A stretch of 63,312 bases of DNA, filler included, from Octopus bimaculoides (GCF_001194135.2; 9 parts of 9 records of this genome joined end to end with filler, not necessarily neighbours in it), one strand, 5' to 3'; positions 1-12,467 are shown, counted from the first letter of the whole stretch. Notes: generated from the letters alone by a model not told the origin. Numbers and translations are program-made.

Positions 1-99
1 AATAGGCACAAATATCATTCCTTATACATTTTTAGTATTCCTATATTGTATCACATACATTCTCCAATACAATAGTCATACAATGGAAGATATACGACG

Positions 100-126
100 G
101 TGTGTGTGTGTGTGTGTGTGTGTGTG
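100..126. repeat. (TG)n microsatellite
   Basis: Pure TG run seen in sequence. Confidence 0.95.
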
Positions 127-469
127 ATAAAGTTATCTCATGATAAAGTTATCATGGGATCCGCTAGTCCCCAACATAGTCTTACTGGAAATAGCAACTG
201 TATATCCCTCAAACTACATCTGCCATCCACTGAAAGAAGAGCAAATTTTAACAACATTTATAAATCCTTATATTTGTGAGCGTTACTTGACAACTCGCAT
301 TTGCCAACTGTCTCTTGAAAAGGGAAGCCGGACGAACTGTAAGAACGTCATGCTAACTAGCTACTGATTACTAGTTAACTATGACATTACATGCGTATCA
401 CCTGCGAATTACGGTTATGGTTTGTGCTCTATGTAATTATATTTGGTGATATAAAAATAAACATTATTA

Positions 470-607
470 TATCTATCTATCTGTCTATCTGTTTGACTGT
501 CTGTCAGTCTGCCTGTCTGTCCGTCTATCTATCTGTTTGTCTGTCTGTTTATTTATCTATCTATCTGTCTGTCTATCTGTCTGCCTGTCTGTCTATCTAT
601 CTATCTC
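470..607. repeat. (TCTA/TCTG)n compound tetranucleotide microsatellite
   Basis: Alternating TCTA/TCTG units; explains the spurious ORF 391..657. Confidence 0.9.
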
Positions 608-912
608 TTTATGTTTATTTTTATGTCAAGTATCGAAGTGTAGTCCAGAAGTGCTAAGACGTTTTTAGGAGGAGAGGCAGTGATACCTGTCCTAGATTAC
701 TGTCAGTTTTGGTACATCATTACCATACATCAATTAAGCTAACCTGCGAACTTTTGCTATTTCAGATTGAAGGAGACGGCTGATTATCAACTGTGATTAT
801 CACATACTGATTATCGCAGCTGACCTGTTTTCAAAATGCAGTCGGAACGTTAAGACAACTTGGAAGCGCGCTCCGCAGACTGCTTATGTATTAACTTGTA
901 TGAGTTTGCACA

Positions 913-1335
913 AGAAGCTCGGCAAAGTAATCCCGCTGGGAAGCTCATGATGAACTTTTTTGACTGCAAAGGGTGCATCATGTATAACCACTGGGTTCCC
1001 TATGGCCAGACGGTCAGCAAGGAGTACTTTCTGGAGGTTCTGAGGGAGTTCAGGAAGAGGTTTCATCGTCAGAGCACGTTTGCCAGGACAATCCATAGTT
1101 CCACAGTTGCATCCTAGTCACCAACAACTTGATAGCGGTGGATATCAAAACCGTCCTTTATCGTCTCTACAGTCCAGACCTTGTTAGCTGTGACTTGGTT
1201 GTTTTCTAAGCTGAAGGAGAAAATGAAGACAGGTGCTAGACACTTTCACTCTGGAGTACTTCCATAGGGCCTTCATGAAGTGGCTGAAGGATTACAAGTT
1301 CATTGACGTCAGAGGATCGTACTTTGAAGGAGGAC
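913..1335 (+). mobile_element. Decayed mariner transposase, C-terminal half
   Basis: Translates, with frameshifts, to KLMMNFFDCKGCIMYNHWVPYGQTVSKEYFLEVLREFRKR ... YSPDLVSCD ... FMKWLK..KFIDVRGSYFEG. This matches the mariner motifs FFDxxG, GQTVxxEYY, YSPDLAPxD and GxYFE. Confidence 0.85.
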
Positions 1336-1574
1336 AAGGTTTTGTAATTGTTTGAAATTAATGAATGTCTCCACTGAAAATGTCTGAAAACTGCTGGAAA
1401 GCATTTTGTGTTTATACAAATATTCAACATCACATTGAAGGACGTTGCAATAAAAAATAACGTCATCCTTTCAAAGCCTAGCCAGGCTCATGGGCCCGGT
1501 TCCCCGGTTTCTATGGCGTATGTGTTCCCCCCCCCCAGCTGAACGAGACGCCAGTCCATCGCAAAGTTTCTCAA

Positions 1575-1722
1575 AAAACAGGAAGAAAGAGTGAGAGAAA
1601 GTTGGGGCGAAAGAGTACCACCCCCTGCCGGAGCCTCGTGGAGCTTTAGGTGTTTTCGCTCAATAAACACACACAACGCCCGGTCTGGGAATCGAAACCG
1701 CAACCCTCCGACCGCGAGTCCA
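1575..1722 (-). mobile_element. Partial tRNA-derived SINE (family B)
   Basis: Reverse complement of part of the copy at 27243-27619. Confidence 0.8.
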
Positions 1723-2455
1723 CAGGACATTGTAGTAGTCTATATTATTCTTTTATTCTTTTATTTTTTTAAGTCATTAGACTACGGCCATACCTTAGTC
1801 ATAGGGTTGCACAGTCATGGTTAGCCAGGGGCTAAAAAACAACAACCACTGCTGTAGAAGCAGCAGCAGCAGCAGCAGCAACAACAATAACAGCAGCATC
1901 AGCATGCAGCAGCAGTAACAAAACTGTGGTAGTTCATTTTTGCAGCTAGGTAAAATGTTTCGCGCCGATACACAAAGTAATGTCTTCAGTGGATTCGAAC
2001 ATATGACCTCAGTACTGGCCTTGCAATAAATTAACCACTCGGCCATAACAATTTCGGCAAACAATAAAAAGAAGACAAAAATAAAAATTAAATCAATAAA
2101 AACTAAATAAATAACTACATAAAATGCTTAAAATAATAATAATAATAAAAAGCTCATTAAAGTAAAATTTTATTTTTTAGAAAAAAAAAAGAAAAACCTA
2201 ATTATCTGTTGGGAAACTCAATATTTTGAAGCCTGTCTTTATCCGGAGTTATATTTCACATCACATTGACATTAACTGTTGAAGCAGCATCTGTAACGCT
2301 TGTAAAATTAGAAATACCAAGTTCACAATGAGTATAACCCCTTGTTTTAAATAGCTCCCAGATACACGCATATCAATCGATCGATCGATCGATCGATCCA
2401 TTTATCCAACCATCTAACTATGCATGCATACGTACGTACATGCATACATATGAAT

Positions 2456-2491
<36 letters not shown>

Positions 2492-2550
2492 ATATATGTG
2501 TGTATANNNNNNNNNNNNNNNNNNNNNNNNNNNNNNNNNNNNNNNNNNNN

Positions 2551-2562
2551 TTAATTAATTAA
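2551..2562. other. Artificial contig-joining spacer
   Basis: TTAATTAATTAA flanked by 44 N on each side. Confidence 0.95.
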
Positions 2563-2606
2563 NNNNNNNNNNNNNNNNNNNNNNNNNNNNNNNNNNNNNN
2601 NNNNNN

Positions 2607-3067
2607 TATTCTCTCTCCTACACTGTTTTGCAACACGAAATACCTCAAGTCTTTGGTCCTCGCGGCGCAGAACATTGGCAAATCTTTTCTTATCTGCTTC
2701 CCCTCTGGCTAAATAAACCTGTCGCCTAGCTTCCCATCTGGCAGATTGGTACAATTCCCTGCTACCACCGTTCTTCCAGTCCTTCCAAGCCTGTTTCTTT
2801 TGTCTAATAGCCCCATCTACCTCCTTGTTCCACCACCACATTACTCTGGGTCGAGAGGGGACTTTACACCAGCCACATATCTGGTCGGTAGCTCTCAGCA
2901 GGTTGTCCTGCAGAAATCTCCAATTGTCCTCCACGCCGTATGATGCTATATCCCCTTCTATTTCGTCAAATGCTTCGAGTAACTTGTCTCTAAGTCTCTG
3001 TCCATTTGCAGGGTCTTTAAGCTTTCACACCCTTCTCCTCCAAGCCAGATTACTTCTGGGCACCCAT
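2607..3067 (-). mobile_element. RTE-clade LINE fragment (endonuclease-RT linker)
   Basis: RRRV*KLKDPANGQRLRDKLLEAF...VEDNWRFLQDNLLRATDQICG...WWWNKEVDGAIRQKKQAWKDWK; the WKLK and WWNxEV..KKxAW motifs are typical of RTE ORFs. One in-frame stop. Confidence 0.8.
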
Positions 3068-4041
3068 NNNNNNNNNNNNNNNNNNNNNNNNNNNNNNNNN
3101 NNNNNNNNNNNNNNNNNNNNNNNNNNNNNNNNNNNNNNNNNNNNNNNNNNNNNNNNNNNNNNNNNNNNNNNNNNNNNNNNNNNNNNNNNNNNNNNNNNNN
3201 NNNNNNNNNNNNNNNNNNNNNNNNNNNNNNNNNNNNNNNNNNNNNNNNNNNNNNNNNNNNNNNNNNNNNNNNNNNNNNNNNNNNNNNNNNNNNNNNNNNN
3301 NNNNNNNNNNNNNNNNNNNNNNNNNNNNNNNNNNNNNNNNNNNNNNNNNNNNNNNNNNNNNNNNNNNNNNNNNNNNNNNNNNNNNNNNNNNNNNNNNNNN
3401 NNNNNNNNNNNNNNNNNNNNNNNNNNNNNNNNNNNNNNNNNNNNNNNNNNNNNNNNNNNNNNNNNNNNNNNNNNNNNNNNNNNNNNNNNNNNNNNNNNNN
3501 NNNNNNNNNNNNNNNNNNNNNNNNNNNNNNNNNNNNNNNNNNNNNNNNNNGTACCACCAGCCAGGAGAGAGACTTCTTAATCGTAGGTTCTAAATATTAG
3601 AGAGACAGCAACGCTTAAATCGTAATTTTAAAGGAGCGATAAAACTTAAGTAAATAGAATAAATAAATAGCATGAATTTAGGACGAAATTGTACAAAGGA
3701 AAGATGGCTAAGCTTAAATCGTAATTTTAAAGGAAGGAGCGATAAAATTTGAATTAAGTGAAGAAAATGAATAAGTATGAATTTAAGACAAAAACGGAGT
3801 TCAATTGAATTACATGGAGAGAAACAGATAGATAATGAAGAACAGATGGGAGGGGGGGAACGCAAAAAGTTTGAGAAAATGTTGAGGGAGTAGAAAAAAT
3901 AAAATCTATCTTAGCTGTCCATATCTTGGAGAAACCTCGTCATAGTTATGTCAGTAGAATAGATCGTGAGACAATTTAGAAGGGATCCACATAGAAAAAT
4001 ATAGATTATGACTCTAAGAATTAAAAAAAGATTTTTTCTTA

Positions 4042-4450
4042 GGCACAGGTGTGGCTGTGTTGTAAGAAGCTTGCTTCCCAACCACATGATTCTGGATTCA
4101 GTCCCACTGCATGGCACCTTGGGCAAGTGTCTTCTGCTATAGCCTCGGGTCAACCAAAGCCTTGTGTGTGGATTTGGTAGACAGAAACTGAAACAACCCT
4201 GTCGTATATATATATTTATATATTTATGTATGTGTGCGTGTGTGTGTGCTTGTCCCCCCACCACCATTGCTTTACAACCAATGTTGGTGTGTTTACATCT
4301 CCATAACTAAGCAGTTAGGCAAAAGAAATCGATAGATTAAGTACTTGGCTTACAAAGAATAAGTCCTAGGATCGATTTGTTTGACTAAAGGTAGTACTCC
4401 AGCATGGCCACAGTCAAATGACTGAAACAAGTAAAAGAATAAAAGTAAAG
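4042..4450 (+). mobile_element. Near full-length tRNA-derived SINE (family A, the abundant Octopus-type SINE)
   Basis: GTGGCTGTGTTGTAAG head, GGCACCTTGGGCAAGTGTCTTCT body, CTCCAGCATGGCCACAGTCAAATGACTGAAAC tail and (AAAAGA)n end; more than 10 related copies in the window. Confidence 0.85.
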
Positions 4451-5837
4451 AAACTCTCAAATAGCTTTCCCTAACTTTCACCCATGTTCTCCCCACTTTC
4501 AAAAAGCTAAAAACTCAGAATGCTTCACTTTTAGCATAGGATTCTATGCATGCATGAAACATCAGACAAAGTGAAACATTCAGGGATTTTAGCTTTTTGA
4601 AAACAGGGAGGTGATGGGTGGGCAAGGTGGGGGAAGGGGCATTGGGTGTTNNNNNNNNNNNNNNNNNNNNNNNNNNNNNNNNNNNNNNNNNNNNNNNNNN
4701 NNNNNNNNNNNNNNNNNNNNNNNNNNNNNNNNNNNNNNNNNNNNNNNNNNNNNNNNNNNNNNNNNNNNNNNNNNNNNNNNNNNNNNNNNNNNNNNNNNNN
4801 NNNNNNNNNNNNNNNNNNNNNNNNNNNNNNNNNNNNNNNNNNNNNNNNNNNNNNNNNNNNNNNNNNNNNNNNNNNNNNNNNNNNNNNNNNNNNNNNNNNN
4901 NNNNNNNNNNNNNNNNNNNNNNNNNNNNNNNNNNNNNNNNNNNNNNNNNNNNNNNNNNNNNNNNNNNNNNNNNNNNNNNNNNNNNNNNNNNNNNNNNNNN
5001 NNNNNNNNNNNNNNNNNNNNNNNNNNNNNNNNNNNNNNNNNNNNNNNNNNNNNNNNNNNNNNNNNNNNNNNNNNNNNNNNNNNNNNNNNNNNNNNNNNNN
5101 NNNNNNNNNNNNNNNNNNNNNNNNNNNNNNNNNNNNNNNNNNNNNNNNNNNNNNNNNNNNNNNNNNNNNNNNNNNNNNNNNNNNNNNNNNNNNNNNNNNN
5201 NNNNNNNNNNNNNNNNNNNNNNNNNNNNNNNNNNNNNNNNNNNNNNNNNNNNNNNNNNNNNNNNNNNNNNNNNNNNNNNNNNNNNNNNNNNNNNNNNNNN
5301 NNNNNNNNNNNNNNNNNNNNNNNNNNNNNNNNNNNNNNNNNNNNNNNNNNNNNNNNNNNNNNNNNNNNNNNNNNNNNNNNNNNNNNNNNNNNNNNNNNNN
5401 NNNNNNNNNNNNNNNNNNNNNNNNNNNNNNNNNNNNNNNNNNNNNNNNNNNNNNNNNNNNNNNNNNNNNNNNNNNNNNNNNNNNNNNNNNNNNNNNNNNN
5501 NNNNNNNNNNNNNNNNNNNNNNNNNNNNNNNNNNNNNNNNNNNNNNNNNNNNNNNNNNNNNNNNNNNNNNNNNNNNNNNNNNNNNNNNNNAAGTGGAATT
5601 GGGTTTAGCCTCAAATGGGAAATAATAAGAAAAGCTCAGCCTTATAGAAATAGCAGATATGGGTCTGAGCTTTGCTCTATAGAAACATATGAAATTTTTA
5701 AGCATAAAGATAATGGCAACCTGATTAATAATCGATTAGACCTGAGGGTATCATGTGTACATAATGCCACCCATACCTTTAAATATTTTAGAAAGTAGCA
5801 CTTTATTGATCTTGTGATTTAAAACCTATGATGTACC

Positions 5838-6135
5838 TCATCATCATCATTTAACGTCCGTTTTCCATGCTAACATGGGTTGGATGATTTGACTGAGGAC
5901 TGGTGAACCAGATGGCTGCACCAGGCTCCAATCTGATCTGGCAGAGTTTCTACAGCTGGATGCCCTTCCTAACGCCAACCACTCCGAGTGTAGTGGGTAC
6001 TTTTACGTGCCACTGGCACAGGGGCCAGTCAGGCGGTACTGGCAATGGCCATGCTCAAATGGTGTTTATTATGTGCTACCTGCACAGGAGCCAGTCCAGC
6101 AGCACTGGCAACGACCTCGCTCGAATGTTTTTTTT
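5838..6135 (-). mobile_element. RTE-type 3' tail element (SINE/LINE end, family D)
   Basis: On - strand GGTTGGCGTTAGGAAGGGCATCCAGCTGTAG...(GAT)n tail; second copy at 40370-40620. Confidence 0.7.
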
Positions 6136-6149
6136 CTTCTTAGTTTAAA

Positions 6150-6998
6150 ATCAGTGCACAGGTAGCATGCCCTACAGCATTAATTTTCCTTTAGTCAATA
6201 CTGGGTATCAGTCATTATAGATACACGCTAATTAAGTAAATAAACAACTTTTGGTTTTAAATATTAGTACATATTTTCTATAAATCTTCTCTATGATTTT
6301 AGTGATTAAGCTATTTTATATCCTTTTCTATTGTGTTCTACCCTACCTGATCATTTTAATACTTTATAATTGCCTTTAGACAAAACTAAATTTTTGTACC
6401 CCTATAAATTCATATTTAGCTTATAAAAGAACAATATGGGTATCTTCACAACTTAAAATTAAACTGCTTAGATTAAAATTTAACTAATTTATAGTAAATT
6501 TGTTCTCTCATCTCAATGATAAATCTTCCTGATAATCCTAAATTTTAATTTTATACAATATGGACATATTGTTTTAAATAGTTTTAGTAACTAAGTTTTT
6601 TTATCCCTTTCTTAAAGTGTTCCATCCTCTTAATTTTGGTATTTATACAGGCTTTATGCAAGCAGCCCTTCTAATTAAGTACCCCTAAGAAACTGTAATA
6701 TCATTTATGGATTAACACAAATAACTTTTAAAATCTATATTATACCTCTTAACTTAATATTAGTATATAATTAGCATGTCCTTTTAACAACAATTATTCT
6801 TTTAACCAATACCAGGTTTCAGTCCTGATTATAAGCTAAATAAGTTAATTAACAATTTTTAGCTCATAATACTTAAATCATTATACATTTTCTATAAATA
6901 TTTGCTATTGTAGTTAATAAGGTATGGATATTTTATTATGGTTTTTAGTGATTAGGCTGACTTTATTCCTTTTCTATGGTGCTCTACCCTAACTGATC

Positions 6999-7041
<43 letters not shown>

Positions 7042-8900
7042 GTAGCCTTAAATAAATCTAATCTTTGTACCCCTATTAATTCACACTCAGCTTATATGAA
7101 GTAATACTGGTATCTCCACAACTTAAAATAATTCAATTTAATTAAATTAATATGTAGTTAACATGTTCTTTAACTTCAGTGCTCCCTTATTAAACACCAG
7201 TTAAATCCAATTGATCAATCTCCATAGAAACCATAAAAGTTACTATTTAGATAAATAATAAGTAAAAAAAATATTAAACTATTTCTTTGTAATTTTTTTT
7301 CCTCCCTCTATTGTGGTAAAATTTGGTATATACTCAAAATATTCAAAGAAGTTTTATCCTTTTGTTATAATTTCATTCTTAATAATCTTCTTGATTACCC
7401 TAAATTCTAACTCTATACAATAAGAAAATATTGTTTGAAATGATCTTTAGAAATTACTTGATTTATCTCTTTCTTAAATGGCTCTAACCATTCTAAACAA
7501 GTACCACTAAGAAACTGTAAATATCATGTAGGGAGTAACAATAATAAAAGAAAGATTAGTGTAAAATATGAATGTTCCATAACTTAAATATTCCTTTAGC
7601 TGATACCAGTTATGTCTTTTATTGATATTAGCTAAATTAAGTAAAAATATATAATTTTTAGTATGATATATTTTAAATATTATACATTTTCTATAAATCT
7701 TCTCTATTGGTGTTAATAAGCTACATATACTTTATCATAATTTTAGTAATTAAGCTATTTTATTCCTTTTCTATGGTGTTCTGCGCTACTTGATTATTTT
7801 ATTTTTTTATTATTTTATAATTAGCCTTTATTTATTTATAAAATTAATCTAATTTTTGAACCTCTATAAATTTATACTTAGCTTATATAAAATTATACTG
7901 GTATATTCACTACTTATAAAAACTGCTTAGATTATAATTTTATTAATATATAATTAGCATGTTCTTTTACCTCAATACTCCTTTATTAATACCAGTACAT
8001 ACCAATTAATCTATATTCATAGATACCATCTGATGAGTTAGCATTTAAGTGTACAATATATATAAATATTAAACTATTTCTTCCTGGATAATTTCTTTTC
8101 CAACCTCTATTGTGGTAAAAGTTTGGTATATACTCAAAAGTATTCATAAATTTCTATCCTTTTGTTATAATATTCTTCTTAATAATTCTCTGAATAACCC
8201 TAAACTTTAACTGTATACAATATAACAACATTGTTTAAAATATTTAACTATAGTTCTACATAATAAGACTTCCCCTGTTTCGTTATCAATGATCTTCTAG
8301 TGGGTGACCCCCTTAATTGTCAGCTAACATCTTGTTTTAAGTTTTCCTTTACCAAACCTCATGATATTGCTTCTAATAAATCTTGATTTTTATGACAATA
8401 CCAACTATGATTTCTGGCTGCTCCCTCAGACCTACCCCTAATAGATACTGCCCCTTTGTTCTCTCAGCCTTAGATATACAAGGTTTTGATGAACTAGTCT
8501 ATAAATTAAAACTGACCCCATAAAACAAAAAAACAGTGACAGGCAGAGTCTGTAACAATGTATATCTTCTTGATACTTTAGTAGCTTCTATGCTGATGTG
8601 AAGACAGCATGTTCTTTGTCTATCTCCTTAACTTCTTGGAGATTTTAGGTATAATTATACTAATGTGTCCATCTGTTCTAATTTAATTAAATTCTATGTC
8701 TTTGTGCAGCTGAGGATTGCTTTGCATTTTAAATTGATATAATGATTGCATTGTTCAATTAAATGGAGTTGCATGAAACAATCGTACTGCATTACCTCTG
8801 GATATCCTTGTTGCTTACTTTGATTTTAATCACCTTACTTTGAAATTGTATGGATAATACTGTACTAAATTCTGGTACCTCAACTTAAGTACCATATTCA
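6150..8900 (-). pseudogene. Degenerate tandem array of a ~390-bp (~130 aa) protein-like repeat, origin unknown
   Basis: Anchor AGCATGTTCTTT..ATACCAG recurs at ~6164, 6773, 7160, 7570, 7956 and 8606; anchor GTACCCCT at ~6396, 6679, 7067, 7501 and 7858. The - strand gives recurring TG(I/V)x*RxIEVKEHANY, (I/F)(Y/L)RGTx(I/L) and KExNx(L/V)I(T/S)K, with many stops and frameshifts. Confidence 0.6.
7002..7040. repeat. (ATT)n microsatellite inside the AT-rich array
   Basis: Pure ATT run at a position where the other copies lack it. Confidence 0.9.
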
Positions 8901-8952
8901 TCTGAATCTATCTATATATATGTATGTATATAATATATGCATATATATAATA

Positions 8953-9017
<65 letters not shown>

Positions 9018-9116
9018 NNNNNNNNNNNNNNNNNNNNNNNNNNNNNNNNNNNNNNNNNNNNNNNNNATAACGAGTGAATGAGAATAACGATGAAGGGTTA
9101 AAAAAACGTAAAAATA

Positions 9117-9509
9117 ATTACCTCCGCCAAGGAAGGATGTTATGTTTTCATCAGCATTGGCTTGTCCGTCTGTGTGCAAAATAACTCAAAAAGTTGTGAA
9201 CAGTATTTGATGAAACTTGCAGGAACAGTTGGTAATGACACAAAGAACAGATGATAAAATTTTGGTAGTGATCCGGGAATTTTTATGGATTCTTGAAGGA
9301 TTTTTCATTTGTTATATTTACTTTACATGAAGTATTAGTTATATTCTTTGATTATCTCCCTTGAAAAGACGCTCATCGTTTCCACGTAACCTACGGTGGC
9401 GTTGCTGTTTCCAAAGTTTATTTTCGTTTCTCTGTTAGTAATATTACTCACGTATCTATCTTAAAATGAGCTGCTTGGCAGAGGTCTGTTTTCCGAGTGC
9501 TTTTCTAGT
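9117..9509 (+). mobile_element. Non-autonomous element resembling Helentron-associated (HINE/DINE-like) repeats
   Basis: Starts ATTACCTCCGCCAAGG; subterminal inverted repeat CTTGGCAGAGG at 9474-9484; ends GAGTGCTTTTCTAGT. The family assignment is an inference. Confidence 0.55.
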
Positions 9510-9639
9510 CGAAATTGAAACAAAACTGAAGCCAAAACACTAAAATTTATTGAAAGTGAGTAGAAATAAACACTATGTAGTATAGTAGTACTACGCTAGG
9601 GTATCTGTAGAAAGCTGAATGTAATTTCGGAATATAACG

Positions 9640-11395
9640 AGGAAAAAATTCAGATATTGGGAATTTTCCGAAAGTCCTCTCCTTACCTCAAGATTTTCCC
9701 CACAAATTACTTTATAGTCAAAGGTATTTATATAAAATTTCATTGAAAAAAACCCCCCATTTTCCTAAAAGTTATGAGGGAAAAACTCGGATTTTGTGAA
9801 TTTTCCGAAGTCCTCTCCTCACTCCCTTAGAAAAGATTTTCTCCACAAAATTCTTTATAATCGTAATGTATGTCGTTTGAAAGGTATTTCTATAAAATTT
9901 CATTGAAAAAAAAACCCATTTTCCTAAAAGTTATGAGGGAAAAGCTCGGATCTTGTGAATTTTCCGAAGTCCTCACCCCACCCTACCGTTGCTTTGCGCG
10001 CATTTTTTTTTCCATATTCGTTTCCTACACAGTGTTTTACACCCATTCCAGTATTTTTTTATTTTATTTTCATTTCCGGGTCAAGATGTAAACATTAACC
10101 GCNNNNNNNNNNNNNNNNNNNNNNNNNNNNNNNNNNNNNNNNNNNNNNNNNNNNNNNNNNNNNNNNNNNNNNNNNNNNNNNNNNNNNNNNNNNNNNNNNN
10201 NNNNNNNNNNNNNNNNNNNNNNNNNNNNNNNNNNNNNNNNNNNNNNNNNNNNNNNNNNNNNNNNNNNNNNNNNNNNNNNNNNNNNNNNNNNNNNNNNNNN
10301 NNNNNNNNNNNNNNNNNNNNNNNNNNNNNNNNNNNNNNNNNNNNNNNNNNNNNNNNNNNNNNNNNNNNNNNNNNNNNNNNNNNNNNNNNNNNNNNNNNNN
10401 NNNNNNNNNNNNNNNNNNNNNNNNNNNNNNNNNNNNNNNNNNNNNNNNNNNNNNNNNNNNNNNNNNNNNNNNNNNNNNNNNNNNNNNNNNNNNNNNNNNN
10501 NNNNNNNNNNNNNNNNNNNNNNNNNNNNNNNNNNNNNNNNNNNNNNNNNNNNNNNNNNNNNNNNNNNNNNNNNNNNNNNNNNNNNNNNNNNNNNNNNNNN
10601 NNNNNNNNNNNNNNNNNNNNAGTGAGGAAGAAACGAGGAGGGTTGTCTTGGAATGTGCTAGAAATGACAGCCAAATCTCCCTTAAATTGCACATTTTCCT
10701 CTGAAAATACTTACAATTTTTTTTTTTTTATTACTGAAAAGACTCCTCCCATGGTTTTTAAGTGCAAAAAATTAGCCAAAATCGGTCCGGAGTGGGGATG
10801 GAGAGGGAGTAAAAAAAAAATGAACTTATGTGGGCTTCCTGATCCGAAACTCCTCTCCTCACCTCCTAGGAAAAATTTTCGTCGCAAATTTCTTTACAAT
10901 CGTAATCTATGCCATTTGAAAGGTATTTATATAAGATTTCCTCAAAACATAGCTATTTTCCTGAAAGTTATGAGGGGAATAAATCGGATCGTGTTAATTT
11001 TCCGAAAGTCTTCTCCGCACACGCTGGTTCGTTTGCGCAAATTTTGGTTTTCAGATTCGTTTACAACACATTTTTTTACAGCTATTACACTTGTTTTTCT
11101 TGTTTGTTTGTTATTTATTTATTTTTTTTGTGGCCAGGTGTTAAACTAGATATTAACCAATTTCATTAAAAGATATCTATTTTCCTGAAAGTTGTGAGGG
11201 AAAAAAAGTCGGATCATGTGAATTTTCCGAAATCCCTCTCGGAACAATTCTTTCCCAAAAATCCCTATATACTCTGAATCCACAGCATCTAAGCGGTGTT
11301 TATTGAAAATTTCATTGAAAAGTATCCATTTATCTGGAAGTTGTGAGGCAACAAAGTCGGGGTGGGGTACACATCTGTAGTTATGCCTAAATTCG
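9640..11395 (+). repeat. Modular dispersed repeat, family 1 (~150-bp internal units)
   Basis: Repeated unit TTTTCCTAAAAGTTATGAGGGAAAAACTCGGATTTTGTGAATTTTCCGAAGTCCTCTC; spans an N gap; related copies at 15480-15667, ~43030-43140 and 44555-44830. Confidence 0.7.
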
Positions 11396-12124
11396 TTTAT
11401 CGAATATTATACGAGACTTCATTCAGTTGAGTATGCGTTTTTCTATTAGCATTTCTTTAGCTTTCTGATTGAATACGAAATAATTAAAATCTCTTATTTT
11501 GTATTCAGATTCAGTCCTTTGAAGAATTTGTGTCCTCTGACTACTCTTTGTAACAATTTTATGCTTTTTAAATATTAACAGGATGAGAAGAAGTCAACAA
11601 AATATTACCAATTCTGACTTAATGACTATTTTTTTAATACGTAGTTACTTCCAAAACACATCATATTTCTGTATTTTGTTATTTTATATATATATTTGTA
11701 TTTATCTGCTAGAATGATATTGTAATAATAGTCTGTAAAATGTATTGATTATTCCGGTTTAAAAAAACTTATGACTAGACTGAAACATGAAATGAGGGAG
11801 TCGGATTGAATGACTATTTTCAATGTTTTTAAATGCATGAATGTATTTCAATAATATAACAGCAGATATTTAGTCTAGTGTACAATTCCTGCCCACACAT
11901 CGTCATATCATGCTGGTTTGGCTTGCAGTGATAAATGCTCACGTGCTGCATATTAAAACAGCAATGCAGCTTTTTAAATGTAATAAAATAAATAGTAATT
12001 TGATGACAAAATACGTACGTCTCAACTTGGGTGACGACGTGGTCGTTCAACCTGATAGAAATCATAGCCAAATAATTATCCATATATTTACATTTTACAG
12101 GTTTAAATTTTACCTTCGTGATCA

Positions 12125-12273
12125 TTAGACTCATCCAACTCTATCCGAATCCGCTGCACTGTCTTCAGATTGACACCCAAACACTCTGAAATGTCCATAT
12201 TGGAGCTTCCGGCGCGAATGCCAAGCAGTACACCATGTCGTTCCCAAATTTCTGGCGGAGTAAACTGCGTCAT
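12125..12273 (-). mobile_element. Tc1/mariner-type transposase N-terminal HTH remnant
   Basis: MTQFTPPEIWERHGVLLGIRAGSSNMDISECLGVNLKTVQRIRIEL fits the pattern G-x-S-x-x-(D/E)-I-x-x-x-L-x-V-x-x-x-T-V-x-R. Confidence 0.5.
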
Positions 12274-12397
12274 CGTGCTATTGTTTCCCACACGGTGCCC
12301 AGCTGAACCTACTATACTGTGTAGCCGACAACATCAAAAACAAACCTAGCGCATGCGCGAAATTAAAAATGAAATGACGACAGTTTACCCATCGCAG

Positions 12398-12467
<70 letters not shown>

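Noticed and set aside
6150-8900. NUMT (mitochondrial rRNA, protein gene or control region)
   Set aside because: AT richness and C>G skew are suggestive, but I found no conserved 12S/16S motifs or hydrophobic mitochondrial ORFs, and the ~390/790-bp periodicity does not fit.
6150-8900. Live gene whose stops are removed by A-to-I editing
   Set aside because: Editing cannot repair the frameshifts or the (ATT)n expansion.
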